Source: a virus
Virus record (IMG/VR): IMGVR_UViG_3300032770_000015
Location: 24,563-88,562 of that record
Length of the DNA: 64,000 bases
Direction: 5' to 3' (one strand)
The number at the start of each line of letters is the position of its first letter. The stretch's first letter is position 1. The position numbers and the translations under genes are program-made. The notes under the pieces were generated by a model. That model saw only the letters and a program-made list of their open reading frames with translations, made no database searches and had not been told where the DNA came from. Below are positions 48,006 through 58,683 of the stretch, piece after piece.

Positions 48006-48500
48006 CTAGAACGACTTTCCGTCGCCCGTCGGCCCGGCGCCGCCCCCGGCCCGGTATGCGGCCGCGCCCGGCCCCAGGACTTCATCCGCGAGCCGGATCA
48101 GCGCGGCGGCCAGGTCCGGCAGCCGCCCCCGGAACCGGACCCCCGGCGCCCCTGTCCCAAGGGCCGTTGTGTGTACCCGCTGGTCGTTGGGAATGATTCC
48201 CGGTTCCAGCAGCAGCACGTCGCGTTCGACCCCCAGCAGCACCCAGGCGGGGGCGCCGACGCCCCGCAGCAGCTCCAGGTACATCCGCTGGTCGGGCGTC
48301 AGGCCGACGAGGACGGTGTCGGCGCGCACGGGCCAGCGCGGGGCGTACTTCAGCTCGAGGTAGGTCGTGATCCCCGCGTGCACGTAGAAGGCGTCCGGCG
48401 TTCCGGCCGTGAAGGCGTCGGTCAGCTTGCGGCAGACGGCGAACGGCGGCACGTGCAGGCGCTCGCGGACCGCCGACCAGAAGGCGCCCTCGTTCTTCAC
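48006..48500 (-). CDS. PD-(D/E)xK nuclease (VRR-NUC / Holliday junction resolvase-like)
   Basis: E..FW, GTPD, YLELK, LTPDQ..Y motifs. Confidence 0.75.
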   Translation of the reverse strand: MKNEGAFWSAVRERLHVPPFAVCRKLTDAFTAGTPDAFYVHAGITTYLELKYAPRWPVRADTVLVGLTPDQRMYLELLRGVGAPAWVLLGVERDVLLLEPGIIPNDQRVHTTALGTGAPGVRFRGRLPDLAAALIRLADEVLGPGAAAYRAGGGAGPTGDGKSF

Positions 48501-48594
48501 AGGAGGCTCAGGCCGACGACGATGAAGACCACCGCCCAGAACAGGCAGCCGCACGCGGCGGCGCAGCCCGGCGTCGGGAGCGACCGCGGGGCGG

Positions 48595-48822
48595 TCACGC
48601 GACGGGCCGGGTCTTCAGGGCGGCGCGGATCGCGTCTACCACGCGGGGCGCCGCGAGCCCGCCCCCGGCCGCGATCCGAAACTGGTGCCACGTGACCCCG
48701 GCGCCGGTTAGCACCGTGGGGCCGAGGCGCGCCCAGGCGTTGGTGATCGTGCCGTAGTCGTGGCGGATGATGGTGACCTCGGTGGCCGTGAGGCGCGCGG
48801 TCTTGGTCCGTGGGCGGGGCAT
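48595..48822 (-). CDS. Small putative DNA-binding protein
   Basis: 75 aa basic helical protein with AGGAG RBS, divergent from 48904. Confidence 0.45.
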   Translation of the reverse strand: MPRPRTKTARLTATEVTIIRHDYGTITNAWARLGPTVLTGAGVTWHQFRIAAGGGLAAPRVVDAIRAALKTRPVA

Positions 48823-48903
48823 CGTGGCTCCTGGGGTGATGGGTCGCTGCGCTGAACGAATATATATTGGTATCCGTTCCGACGGACCGACCCGAATGTG
48901 AGG

Positions 48904-49083
48904 ATGCGCCTTGTGGCACGGTTGACGGCCTCGTACCTGCTGAAGTTTGCCCCGCGTGACAAGGCGGACATCCGCCGCCTGGCGGCCCACGATGGGCAGC
49001 CCGCCGCGGCCCTGATCCGATCCATCCTGCTTCCGGCGGTCCGCCGTCGGCTGGCGAAGATCGACAGCAAGACGCGCACGTGA
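48904..49083 (+). CDS. Ribbon-helix-helix-like regulator
   Basis: YLLKF strand followed by IRRLAA.DG...AALIRSIL. Confidence 0.5.
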   Translation: MRLVARLTASYLLKFAPRDKADIRRLAAHDGQPAAALIRSILLPAVRRRLAKIDSKTRT

Positions 49084-51071
49084 GTTCTGCCGTCGCCTGC
49101 CAGCCGGACCGCCTGCCCGCGGCCCTGCGCCGGTACCCGCACTGGGTCGTCTGGCGCGAGGAACCCCGGGCCGCCGACGATCCGCGCCCGGCCAAGATCC
49201 CATATGGGAAGGACGGCGCCAAGGCCAGGGCGAACGCGCCCGGGTCATGGCTCGCCTATGAGGATGCCCTCGCCCTTTACCAAGCGGGCGGCTGGAACGG
49301 CCTCGGGTTCTTTTTCTGGCGGGCGCTGCCGTACATCGGCATTGACCTTGACCACTGCCGCGACGCCGCCGACGGGACGCTTGACCTCTGGGCGCGGCAG
49401 TTTCTCGAGCACTTCCCCGGGGCGTACGTCGAGGCGTCGCAGTCCGGCACGGGGCTGCACATCATCGTGCAGGGGAAGCTCGACTTTCCGGCCGGGCGCG
49501 AGGGCGGGAAGAAGGGGCCGGTCGAGATATATGCCGGGCAGCACTACCTCGCCCTGACCGGCGTGCTGGTCGCGGGCGCCGGGACCGACGTGACGGCGGC
49601 GCCGCCCGGCGCGCTCGAGGAGGTCGCGCGGGCGTACGGGTTCCTCGACCGCGGGACGGCCCCGCTCCCAGGTGCTCCGGACGCGGCAACGCCGGACCGA
49701 TCCGGGCAACCGGACGTTCCGGCGGCCCCGCCCTCGGGCGAGGCGGCACCTGCGGCGGCCGTCCTGACCGACGACGACCTCGTGACGGCGATCATGCGGT
49801 CGCCGGACGCGAAGCGCTGGCACAAGCTGTTCGGTGGTGGCGAGCTGCCCGGCGGGTCGGCGTCCGAGGCCGACTTCGAGATGGCCTCGATCCTCTGCCG
49901 CCACTCGACCGACGACGACCAGGTGGCGCGGCTGATGGAGCTATCGCCCCTGAAGCGCGAGAAGTGGCGGGCGAAGCGCGGGACCGAGTCGTGGCTGCAG
50001 TACACGATCCGGTCGGCGCGGCTCCGCCTATCGGGCGGGCACGCGGCGCGGGTCATCGGGTCAGCGACGGCGGTCTCGCTCGCCACGATCATGAAGGACC
50101 CGAACGCCCTGAACGCCCCGCCCGCCGTGATCCCGAACCTCGCCTGGGCGGGCCGCATGACCCTGGTCGCCGCCCGCGAGGGCATCGGGAAGTCCACGCT
50201 GTTCGCCGCCGCGGCGGCGGCAGTCACGACCGGTGGGCCGTGGCTCGGGGTCGCCGGGCAGGAGGCGCTGCGCTGTGCGCAGGGCGCGGTTCTCTGGTGC
50301 CTCGTCGAGGAGCACGTCGGCGACCTGGGGCGCCGCGCCATCGCGATGCGGACCGACCCCGACCGCCTCTACATCCTCGACCGGCCGGGCGACGCGCTCG
50401 CCGCCCTGCGGGCCGAGACGCTGCGGCTGAAGCCAGCGCTGATCATCATCGACACGCTGCACGCCTGGGCCGCCGAGGCCGTGACCGAAACGGCGTCGGC
50501 GGACGAGTGGCAACCGCTGATGACCGCGCTCGATAGCCTGGCGCGCTCCACGGGCGTTGCGATCCTGATGGCCGCGCAGGCGTCGAAACAGACGGGTGAC
50601 TACCGCGATTCGACCGCGATAGGGCACGCCGTGGACGTGGTGCTGACCCTGGCGCGCCCGTCCGATCTCCCCGAGGACGACCCGACCCGCGACCTGCTCG
50701 TCAGGAAGGCGCGCTGGTCCCTCGACCCGGTGCGGTATCGTTATACGGTGAAGGACGATCTCGTAACGCTCGAGGGCCTGACGAAGCTGCCGCCCGCCGT
50801 GCTCGACGCGGCACGGGCCACGGCCGCGTACGACTGGATCAAGGCGAACCCGGGGAAGGGACTCGCCCAGTTGGCCCGGGGCATTCGCTGCCGCCCGAAC
50901 GACGCGGAACGGGCGGCCAGCGACCTGGTGACCAGCGGGCGCGTCCGCGACGTCATCGAGGCGCACGGCGACCAGAAGTGGCACCGGTACTACGTGGCCG
51001 ACGCCGTTCCGGCCGACGCCGCGGTTCCGGCAACGACGGACAAGGGAGATCGCGATGACGCGGCGTTCTAG
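49080..51071 (+). CDS. Primase-polymerase (AEP, NrS-1-like) fused to AAA/RecA-type helicase
   Basis: GLGF, IGIDLDHC, E.SQSGTGLHII, VEIY, YLALTG, SEAD helical bundle. Walker A AREGIGKST, Walker B LIIIDT. Confidence 0.88.
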   Translation: MSSAVACQPDRLPAALRRYPHWVVWREEPRAADDPRPAKIPYGKDGAKARANAPGSWLAYEDALALYQAGGWNGLGFFFWRALPYIGIDLDHCRDAADGTLDLWARQFLEHFPGAYVEASQSGTGLHIIVQGKLDFPAGREGGKKGPVEIYAGQHYLALTGVLVAGAGTDVTAAPPGALEEVARAYGFLDRGTAPLPGAPDAATPDRSGQPDVPAAPPSGEAAPAAAVLTDDDLVTAIMRSPDAKRWHKLFGGGELPGGSASEADFEMASILCRHSTDDDQVARLMELSPLKREKWRAKRGTESWLQYTIRSARLRLSGGHAARVIGSATAVSLATIMKDPNALNAPPAVIPNLAWAGRMTLVAAREGIGKSTLFAAAAAAVTTGGPWLGVAGQEALRCAQGAVLWCLVEEHVGDLGRRAIAMRTDPDRLYILDRPGDALAALRAETLRLKPALIIIDTLHAWAAEAVTETASADEWQPLMTALDSLARSTGVAILMAAQASKQTGDYRDSTAIGHAVDVVLTLARPSDLPEDDPTRDLLVRKARWSLDPVRYRYTVKDDLVTLEGLTKLPPAVLDAARATAAYDWIKANPGKGLAQLARGIRCRPNDAERAASDLVTSGRVRDVIEAHGDQKWHRYYVADAVPADAAVPATTDKGDRDDAAF

Positions 51072-52939
51072 GCGAGCACGGGTCGTCGTCGGCCGCTTCT
51101 GGCTCGGGCCGCAGGCCGTCGAGCTCGTGGCGACGGCGACCGGGAACGGCGGCCATGTCGTGACGAAGCCCCCGACGCCCGGCCCGGCGGTCGTCACCGT
51201 CGCCTGCGCTGACTCGTGGCCCGTGGTCGTTGGGCTGCTCGTCCACGAGCTGGGCGAGCTGGCCCTGCGCAACGTCGGCGGCGAGTACATCCCCGCCGTG
51301 GACGAGGCCTGCGCAACCGACGGGTATGCGTTCATGTTCAACCACGCGCAGTTTGGCGAGGCGGCGGCCCGCGTCGGCGCCCTGCTCGCCGTCGCGCTGC
51401 CCGCGTTCCGCCGCGCCTACCGGGCCGTGCACCGGGCCGAGCGGTGAACGGGTCCATCGCCTGCCGCTGCGGTCGGCCCCTGCACCGGGGGCCGAAGGGC
51501 TACGGCGCCCACGCCGATGGGTCGCCGTTCGGTGACGCCTGCCGCCCGACTGTCGCCGAGTTCCGCGCCGGGTTGGCCGAGATCACGCGGGTCCTTGACC
51601 AGCTGTCGGCGCTCGCGATCCCGGCGCGGATCGTCGGGCTGACGGAAGATACCATCGAACCGAAGGAGAGCTGACCATGCCGCGTCCCGTCCTGTTATTC
51701 CACAGCCACGCTGACCTAACCCCCGAGGTCGCTCGCCTCGCGAACGAGGCCGGGTACCTGGCGCTCCCGGCGCGCGGGCCGGTCGAGATCGCGCGCGAGG
51801 CTCCGGCCCTCGACCCGGGGCTGGTGCTCGAGAACCTGCAGCTAACCTTAAAGGTCGCTGAGCTGGGCGCCGCGAACCGCCAGCTGAACATCGCGCTCGA
51901 TGCGAAGAACCTGAGCCTGGTGCGTCGCGGGCAGGAGCTCGATGGGCTCGTCGAGGCGAACAACGGCATCTATGCCAAGATGGAACGGCTCGAGGACGAG
52001 ACCCGAACCCTGCGCCGCGCGGTCGGGGATGTGCTCGCGTCGGCGAAGGAACGGTTGACGACCCGGGCCGCCACCGCCATGCTGGCCGAGGCCGACGGCC
52101 GGTGGATCAGCACGCACTGGCTCGTCGCGAAGCTCAGCACCGCGCTCGGCATGTCGGCCATATGACCGCCCCCGACCCGACCCCCGCGCCCCCGCCGACG
52201 CCGCCGAAGATCCAGCTCCTCCTGGAGCTCGACCCGGCGACGAGCCTCGTCAACCTGCAGGCGCTGCAGGGCGTGATTGATGATGGGGCGATCATGGGCG
52301 CGTTTACCATGGGCCTGCTGAAGGCACACATCGTCCGGTACACACTCGCGAAGGTCAGCGAGGCGCTCGCCGCGGAAAAGAAGAAGGCGAAGCTCGTGGA
52401 CGCGCAGGGCCAACCGATCCTCGGAGGAATCAAGATATGATGGTCGCCGTCCTGTTCAGCGCCCTCGCGTTCCTGGCCGCGATCACCGCGCTCTGCATCG
52501 GGATCGCTGTCTCGGTCGCGCACAGCCGGTTCCTGGCCCGCACCGCCCGGGCGTACCACGAGATGATGGACGCGCTGCAGACACCGCTCCTCGAGGGCGC
52601 CTGGTGTGTCATCGCGAACGCGGGCGGCGGCAACTGGGCGACCGAAACGCCCGAGTGGCAGGCCGCCGCGGCGCGGTGGCGGAACGACTATCACAAGTGG
52701 TTGGCCGAGTACCGGTCCACGGCGGGTGCCGAATGATCGGGCGCTTCGCGTTCGGGTACCGGGCGCAGCGGCTCGGCGACCGGCTCGGAAGCTGGATCGC
52801 GTGGCACCTGCCGCGATCCATCGCTAAGTGGTGCACGGTCCGGCTCGCGGCCCATGCGACGACCGGACCGTGGGCGAACCAGGAGGTGCCGCGGCTCACC
52901 ATCATGGAGATGCTCCAGCGTTGGGACGACCCGCGGTGA
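51055..52939 (+). other. Six small hypothetical genes
   Basis: 51055-51447, 51444-51674, 51677-52165, 52162-52440, 52437-52736, 52733-52939. Coupled starts and stops. Confidence 0.6.
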
Positions 52940-53364
52940 ACCGGCCGACGATGGACGCCCTGCTGATGGCGTTCGCCCGTGGCCTGGCGGCTCGCTCGAC
53001 CTGCGGCCGCCTGGCCGTCGGCGCCGTGCTGACCGACCCCGGGCGCCTGCAGGTCCTCGGGATCGGGTACAATGGCGGGGCACGCGGCGCGCCGCACGGC
53101 TGCGACCGGCCCGAACCGGGCAACTGCGGCTGCCTCCACGCCGAGGTTAACGCCCTGCTGAAGGCCCCGGGCCTCGTCCCGAAGATCCTGTACGTGACGA
53201 CCGCGCCCTGCGCCGCCTGCGCGAAGGCGGCAGTGAACGCCGGGGTCGTCAAGGTGATCTACGACCGGCCGTACCGCCTTATAGACGGGCTCGAGATCCT
53301 GCGCGCCGCAGGGGTCGAGGTCCTATACTACGGAGACACCCCCAGTGAACCCGATCCTGCGTAA
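52936..53364 (+). CDS. dCMP deaminase
   Basis: RSTC.R..VGAV, GYNG, HAEVNAL, PCAAC zinc motifs. Confidence 0.9.
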   Translation: MNRPTMDALLMAFARGLAARSTCGRLAVGAVLTDPGRLQVLGIGYNGGARGAPHGCDRPEPGNCGCLHAEVNALLKAPGLVPKILYVTTAPCAACAKAAVNAGVVKVIYDRPYRLIDGLEILRAAGVEVLYYGDTPSEPDPA

Positions 53365-53806
53365 GCGGACCGTGCTCGTGCTCGCCATCGGGGCCGAGGA
53401 GCGCGCCCTCGTGGACGAACTGTACCGGACGATGACCCGCCACCGCGGGGTCGGGCTCGCGGCGCCGCAGGTCGGCGTCGCCAAGCGCATCGCCGTCGTC
53501 GCGGTTGGCGATAAGGCGTTCACGCTGATCAACCCGTGGATCATCGAGCGGTCGGGCACGCAGCGGGTCATCGAGGGCTGTCTCTCGCTGCCCGGGATCG
53601 CCGCCGGGGTCCGGCGGCCGTCGCGCATTCGGTTCACGGCGACCGACGAGCGCGGCATCCCCTATACCGCCGACGCCGAAGGCCTGCTGGCGCAGGCGGT
53701 CCAGCACGAGGTGGACCACCTCGACGGCGTGCTGTTCATAGACCACATTGGCTGGTGGAAGCGGCGCCAGCTCCTGAAGCAGTACAACGCGCGGAGGCAC
53801 ACGTGA
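53345..53806 (+). CDS. def: Peptide deformylase
   Basis: Three PDF motifs GVGLAAPQVG, EGCLS, QHEVDHL. Confidence 0.93.
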   Translation: MNPILRKRTVLVLAIGAEERALVDELYRTMTRHRGVGLAAPQVGVAKRIAVVAVGDKAFTLINPWIIERSGTQRVIEGCLSLPGIAAGVRRPSRIRFTATDERGIPYTADAEGLLAQAVQHEVDHLDGVLFIDHIGWWKRRQLLKQYNARRHT

Positions 53807-54568
53807 GCCGACCGACCTGCAAGACCTGCGTCTTCTACGTTCCGGCCGAGGGTGCCGGACACGGGCACTGCCACGCCCAGCCCCCGGCGGCCCAGGCCGG
53901 GTGGCCAGCGGTCAACACGACCGACTGGTGCGGCGAGCACACCGATCCCGAGAGCAGCCCGCGGTTTAAGGGCGAGGACGCCCTCGCGTGATCGCCGACC
54001 GCTGCCCGGCCGCCGAGGCCCCGCACGGGCTCGCCCGCGCGTCCCTGCGCGAGCCGCCCCCGGCCCCGGTCGAATCCCCGGCCGAACCGAGCGACGACGA
54101 TGACGACTGACGCCCCGGGCGGCGCGACCCCGGCGGGAAGACCGGCAGCGGCGACGACCCCGGGCTGTAGCGGTCCCGGCGAGCGCGCACCGGCCCGGCC
54201 GACGGTTCGCGTCGCCCTGCGGGTCGGCGACCAGGTGACCCGGTACGACGTGCCGACGCCGATCCGGGCGCGGGACCAGGTTCGGCTGGTGACGACGCTT
54301 CTGAAGAGGCTTCAGGAAGGTCTCGCCCCGTTCGCCGACGCCCGCGGCGCGGCGATCCCGACCGTCGGGCGGACCGGAGGCTGACGTGCCCGACCCGAAC
54401 CTGACGACCGCCTGGGACGACCCGACCGTGCGCGCCTACGTGCTCGAGGCCGGGTCGGGCGAGGATCGTGGGCGCCCGGCCGCCGTCGCCCGCCTGCGGG
54501 CGCTGTTTCCCGACCTGACAAACGAGGCGCGCGACGACCTGCTCGCGCGCCTCACCTGGCCAACGTGA
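53803..54568 (+). other. Small hypothetical genes (53803-53991 Cys-rich; 54100-54384; 54386-54568)
   Basis: CKTC...GHC...WP.V...DWCGEH. GGAGG RBS before 54386. Confidence 0.55.
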
Positions 54569-54615
54569 TTCACATCTAACGACGAGCCGCCCGCGGGCGG
54601 CGGGCGTATAGTGCC

Positions 54616-56514
54616 CTACGCGGTCGCCCCCCAGTTTGGCCCGGTCCCGATGGAGACCCGGATCGGGACGCCGGACGACAGCGGAAAGTTCTCCATCGCC
54701 TCTCTGAGCTGACCCTGGAAGCGCTTCCCGGCGTCGGACGCGACGGGCGGACCCGAGAGGTCGAGCTCGTCGTGGACCGTGAGGTGCAGGAAGGTGTTCT
54801 GCCAGTCCACGATCTCGGCCACCTTGACCATCGCCAGCTTGATCAGGTCCGCGGCCGAGCCTTGCAGGAGCGCGTTGAGGGCCTTGTGCGTCTCGACGAA
54901 CTTCTCGTTCCGGTAGACCCGCCAGCCCTTGGCGCGCGCCCACTCGGCCGACCGGAACCGGCGCTTCCGCCCGCCCCACGTGACGATGTAGCCCCGGCTC
55001 GCGGCGCGCTGGACCGCCTTCTGCGAGAGGTTGTGGATCAGGTTGTCGGTCTTGCGGTGGTAGGTCTCGAGGACCCCCTTCATCACGTCCACCGAGACGC
55101 CCGCGGTCGCGGCCGCCTTCTTGAGACCGGCCCCGTAGACGATGGCGAAGTTCGTGTTCTTCATCTGCGGCCGGAATAGCTTCATCGCCCCCTCGACCGC
55201 CAGCTCCTCGGGCGAGTGGATCATCCGGATGAGCATCTCGTGGAAGTCCACGTCCGGGTTGTTCCGGTAGGCCTCGGCCAGCATGCCGCCCGCGTAGTGG
55301 GCGAGGAACCGGTACTCGATCTGCGAGTAGTCGGCCTTGGTCCACTCGAGCCCGGGCAGGTAGGGGATGAAGAGCCCGCGGATCAGCTTGGCGAGCTCGG
55401 GGTGCCGCGCGCCGGGGAGGTTCTGCAGGTTCAGCGAGCCGCCCGACGAGAAACGGCCGCTCACGGCGCCGTAGGTGTCGTTGGGCAGCTGGTGGAACTC
55501 GCCGTGGATCACGCCCTGGGGGTCGGCGTTCTGGAGGATGTAGCTGTCCACGAACGTGCCCGCGTACTTCGAGGCCTCGCGAATCTCGATGATGAGCGCC
55601 GCGATGGGGTGGTCGAGCTCGTTCAAGACCTCGGTGGTGATCGAGGGCTTCTTCGTCTTCTCGGTCCGCGGGTACGGGAGCCCGTGGGCGTCGAGGACCG
55701 GCCCGAGCTGGTCGCCCGACATCGGGTTGACGCCCGGGGCGAGCTGTTCCCAGCGGACCATCGCGGCGGCGAGCTTATCCTCGAACAGTTTCTTGACCTC
55801 CTTCGCCCGGGCCACGTCGGCGCGGACCCCGACGAGGTGCATGCGGAGGAGGATCGGGATCAGGGCGGTCTCGACACCGTAAATGGCCGCCAGGCCCTCG
55901 GTGTCGATCACCGGCCGCCGGACCTCATACAGCACGCCGGTCCCGAGCGCGTCGTGCTGGGCGTACTCGTCCATGACGCCCCACGGGACGCGCCAGTAGT
56001 TCGGCGCCTGCGCCTGCCGGGTCGGCTTCCCGCCAAACTGGGCGGCGCACCACTCGTTCAGGTAGGTATCCTCCTTGTGCAGGTCGGTGTATCGCTTCAG
56101 CAGGTTGTCGAGCGAGTACCCGCCGTCCTCGATCTCGTTCAGGATCGGGGCGACGATCCCGCCGTCCTCGTTCCCGGCGTAGATCGGGACGCCGACCCCG
56201 GGGAGCCCGTGGTCACCGGTCCCGGTATAGGCGAGCATCCGCAGGTCGAAGGCCGCGTTGAACCAGATCTTCAGCAGGTTCGGCCGCGTCAACTCGCGGG
56301 CGGCCCAGGCGCGAAGCTCTTCGACGGTGACGTTGTTCCCGCCGCCCTCGTGCGCCCAGGAGAAGTAGTGGGTCGTGGTCGCCGGGTCACGGAACCCGTT
56401 GGGGCCGGGTAGGGCGATGGACAGGCCGACCGGCCGCGACGCGAACCCGAGCCCGGCGGTCTCGGTGTCGACGGCCACGCGGTCAAACCGGGCGAGGTCA
56501 GGAAGGCAGGTCAA
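54616..56514 (-). CDS. polA: DNA polymerase family A (3'-5' exonuclease plus polymerase)
   Basis: ExoI DTET, ExoII NAAFDL, ExoIII YAQHD, SGRFSS..NLQN, motif A DYSQIEYR, motif B K..NFAIVYG, motif C VHDEL. Confidence 0.95.
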   Translation of the reverse strand: MTCLPDLARFDRVAVDTETAGLGFASRPVGLSIALPGPNGFRDPATTTHYFSWAHEGGGNNVTVEELRAWAARELTRPNLLKIWFNAAFDLRMLAYTGTGDHGLPGVGVPIYAGNEDGGIVAPILNEIEDGGYSLDNLLKRYTDLHKEDTYLNEWCAAQFGGKPTRQAQAPNYWRVPWGVMDEYAQHDALGTGVLYEVRRPVIDTEGLAAIYGVETALIPILLRMHLVGVRADVARAKEVKKLFEDKLAAAMVRWEQLAPGVNPMSGDQLGPVLDAHGLPYPRTEKTKKPSITTEVLNELDHPIAALIIEIREASKYAGTFVDSYILQNADPQGVIHGEFHQLPNDTYGAVSGRFSSGGSLNLQNLPGARHPELAKLIRGLFIPYLPGLEWTKADYSQIEYRFLAHYAGGMLAEAYRNNPDVDFHEMLIRMIHSPEELAVEGAMKLFRPQMKNTNFAIVYGAGLKKAAATAGVSVDVMKGVLETYHRKTDNLIHNLSQKAVQRAASRGYIVTWGGRKRRFRSAEWARAKGWRVYRNEKFVETHKALNALLQGSAADLIKLAMVKVAEIVDWQNTFLHLTVHDELDLSGPPVASDAGKRFQGQLREAMENFPLSSGVPIRVSIGTGPNWGATA

Positions 56515-57118
56515 CGAAGTTCTCCTTCTGCGGGTGGTATTCCCCGGCGTACGCGCCGGACTTGTGGCGTTCCTCGATGTTGAACCAGCCCTTTCCCGCC
56601 AGGTGCAAGACGCGCAGGACGAGGGCGTAGGCGTGCGGTGACGGGGTCAGGTTAAACGTCGGTGCCAGGTACTGCTGGAGAAACGCCTGCGCGTTCCCCA
56701 TCCGGCGCCCGGTCGGCGTGTCCCAGGTGAACGTCTGGCACGCCCGCGTCCCGATGACCGCGATCCCCGAGTAGCGCGCGAGGATCGCGGCCTGCACGGC
56801 GGGATCGGTCGCCCAGCCGCCGCGCGCCCACCGGTCCTGGTCGGCCGCCGCCGCCCGTTCGGCCCGGGCGGCATCGCGGGCGGCCCGATCGATCAGGAGC
56901 GTGGCCTGGCGCGCGTCCTCCTCGGCCTGGTGGGCCTCGTTCCACAGGCGCAGGGCGTGTTCGCGGTCCCGCGCCCGGGGGCCGACGGCGCGGCAGTCGT
57001 CGCAGCGAACGAAGAAGTAGTCGCGGGCGCAGGTCGGCACGACCGACAGCTCGCGCGATAGGCAGGTGCACGGGTACAGCCGCGTGTGGTGGTGGTGGAT
57101 CATGGTGGCGGTGATCAC
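56498..57118 (-). CDS. Protein with Lar-like zinc ribbon
   Basis: PCTC...VRCDDC.A.GP......A...WN. Confidence 0.5.
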   Translation of the reverse strand: MITATMIHHHHTRLYPCTCLSRELSVVPTCARDYFFVRCDDCRAVGPRARDREHALRLWNEAHQAEEDARQATLLIDRAARDAARAERAAAADQDRWARGGWATDPAVQAAILARYSGIAVIGTRACQTFTWDTPTGRRMGNAQAFLQQYLAPTFNLTPSPHAYALVLRVLHLAGKGWFNIEERHKSGAYAGEYHPQKENFVDLPS

Positions 57119-57423
57119 GGGGTACGTTCGGGGCCGCAGACCGCGCAGCTGATCGCGGCGGCCCGGGCGGCGGGGGTACACTCGTCGAAGATGCCGACGC
57201 GATTTAGCGCGGCCCGGGCGCGGGCGACGGCGCCGTGGTTCTCGGGCGACCGGCTCGCGATCCCGAGCGCGCAGTGCAGGTCGAGAACCTCGAGCGGCGT
57301 CAGGCCGTGATACGGCGCGAGGAATTGTGCCGACCCGTCGTGGTGTTTCCACCGCGGCCCCGCGCTCGGCGGGTCGCTGTCGTACGGCGTCTGCCGGAGC
57401 AGGTCGTGCAGCCAGGAGGTCAC
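57115..57423 (-). CDS. Hypothetical protein
   Basis: 102 aa, GTGA coupling. Confidence 0.5.
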   Translation of the reverse strand: MTSWLHDLLRQTPYDSDPPSAGPRWKHHDGSAQFLAPYHGLTPLEVLDLHCALGIASRSPENHGAVARARAALNRVGIFDECTPAARAAAISCAVCGPERTP

Positions 57424-57782
57424 GCGCCCTCCGTGCGGCCGAGGTGAAGGCCCTGGGCCTTGAGCTGCTGCCGGATCTCGATCAGGTCGAACGCCCGCTG
57501 CCCGGACATGGCGAACAGCTGCCGGGCCTGGCCGATGCCGTCCCGGGCGATCCGGCCGACCTCGCGGCGACGGATCAGCTGCTCGATCATCTTGAACCGC
57601 GCCTCCAGGATCTCGGCGTATCGGGCGAACCCCACGAGCTCGTTGATCGCGTAGTCGATCACGTCGAGCTCGGGATGCCCGGCCGGTAACAGGGCCGTGT
57701 CGCCGTACTTCCTGACGGCCTTCGCGATCTCGCGCTCGCGGCGTTCGGCGTACTCGGCCGCGACCGGCGACGTCTTATCCAT
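57420..57782 (-). CDS. All-alpha nucleotide pyrophosphatase-like protein
   Basis: R......RKYG...D...A.NEL....Y pattern. Nucleotide-metabolism context. Confidence 0.4.
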   Translation of the reverse strand: MDKTSPVAAEYAERREREIAKAVRKYGDTALLPAGHPELDVIDYAINELVGFARYAEILEARFKMIEQLIRRREVGRIARDGIGQARQLFAMSGQRAFDLIEIRQQLKAQGLHLGRTEGA

Positions 57783-58683
57783 TGGCCGCTGCCTGGGCCG
57801 CGATCAGCGCTCCATACGGCGGCAGGACGCGGGCGGCGTCCCGGTGGGTCCGGTACGCGAGGACCGAGAGGTACATGTTCCACGGGGCCAGGACCGACGC
57901 GGGCTCGAAGTGGCGGCTGAGGATCGTGTCCCCGGCCATCTCGCCGAACAGCGTATCGAGGTCGTCGGGCGGGTACGTCAGGTCCGGCGACCGCAGGACG
58001 AACGGGTAGTGGCCCTGGTCGTAGGCCTCGACGACGGCGGCGGCCTTCGCGGCGTCGCGGTCGTAGATGTGCAGCGATCCGACCGTGTGGTAGTACCCGG
58101 CGACCGGGTCACCGACGGCACGGGCGACGTAGGCCTGCAGCTGCGTGAACGTGAACAGGTCGTACGGGAACCCGAGCCACGCGTCGTTCGACCGCATGTA
58201 CACGTGAAGCTCGAGCCCGGCGGCGCGCCGCATGAACTGCAGGGTCGTCGTGCACGGGATGTCGCGCGACGGCGCCGGGGCCGGACGCCAGAACGTGACG
58301 ACCGCCTGGCGCGAATCGTGGTCGTGCAGCGTGTCGATGGCCCAGCCGATCTGGTCGAGGAATGGCGGCCCGTAGGCCCCGGCGAATACCACGCCGTCGT
58401 CGGAGAACTGCGCGATGTTCTTGTTGAAATAGCTGATCGTCGCCACGTCGCGGTGGCCGAGCAAGATCCAGAGCCACTCGGCGACCGAGAACGGGTAGTT
58501 CAGCTTCCGCGCGGGCGACGTGATCACGTTCGACCGGGCGTCGGTCAGGATCAGGGTCGGGTGGCGTAGCTCGCGGGTCGGCTGCCCCCGCGGCGTGACC
58601 ACCTCGCCGTAGGCAGCTGTGATCGCGAGGACCTGGCGGTACAGCTCGTCGGCGGTGCGCGCGACGATCCGGTTGGCGGTCAT
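57775..58683 (-). CDS. Thymidylate-synthase-fold pyrimidine modifying enzyme (probable dCMP hydroxymethylase/methylase type)
   Basis: PRG..TRE, AEWLWIL.G, GAYGP, SRQAV, DIPCT, MRSNDAWLGFPYD, GSLHIY. Confidence 0.85.
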   Translation of the reverse strand: MTANRIVARTADELYRQVLAITAAYGEVVTPRGQPTRELRHPTLILTDARSNVITSPARKLNYPFSVAEWLWILLGHRDVATISYFNKNIAQFSDDGVVFAGAYGPPFLDQIGWAIDTLHDHDSRQAVVTFWRPAPAPSRDIPCTTTLQFMRRAAGLELHVYMRSNDAWLGFPYDLFTFTQLQAYVARAVGDPVAGYYHTVGSLHIYDRDAAKAAAVVEAYDQGHYPFVLRSPDLTYPPDDLDTLFGEMAGDTILSRHFEPASVLAPWNMYLSVLAYRTHRDAARVLPPYGALIAAQAAANG

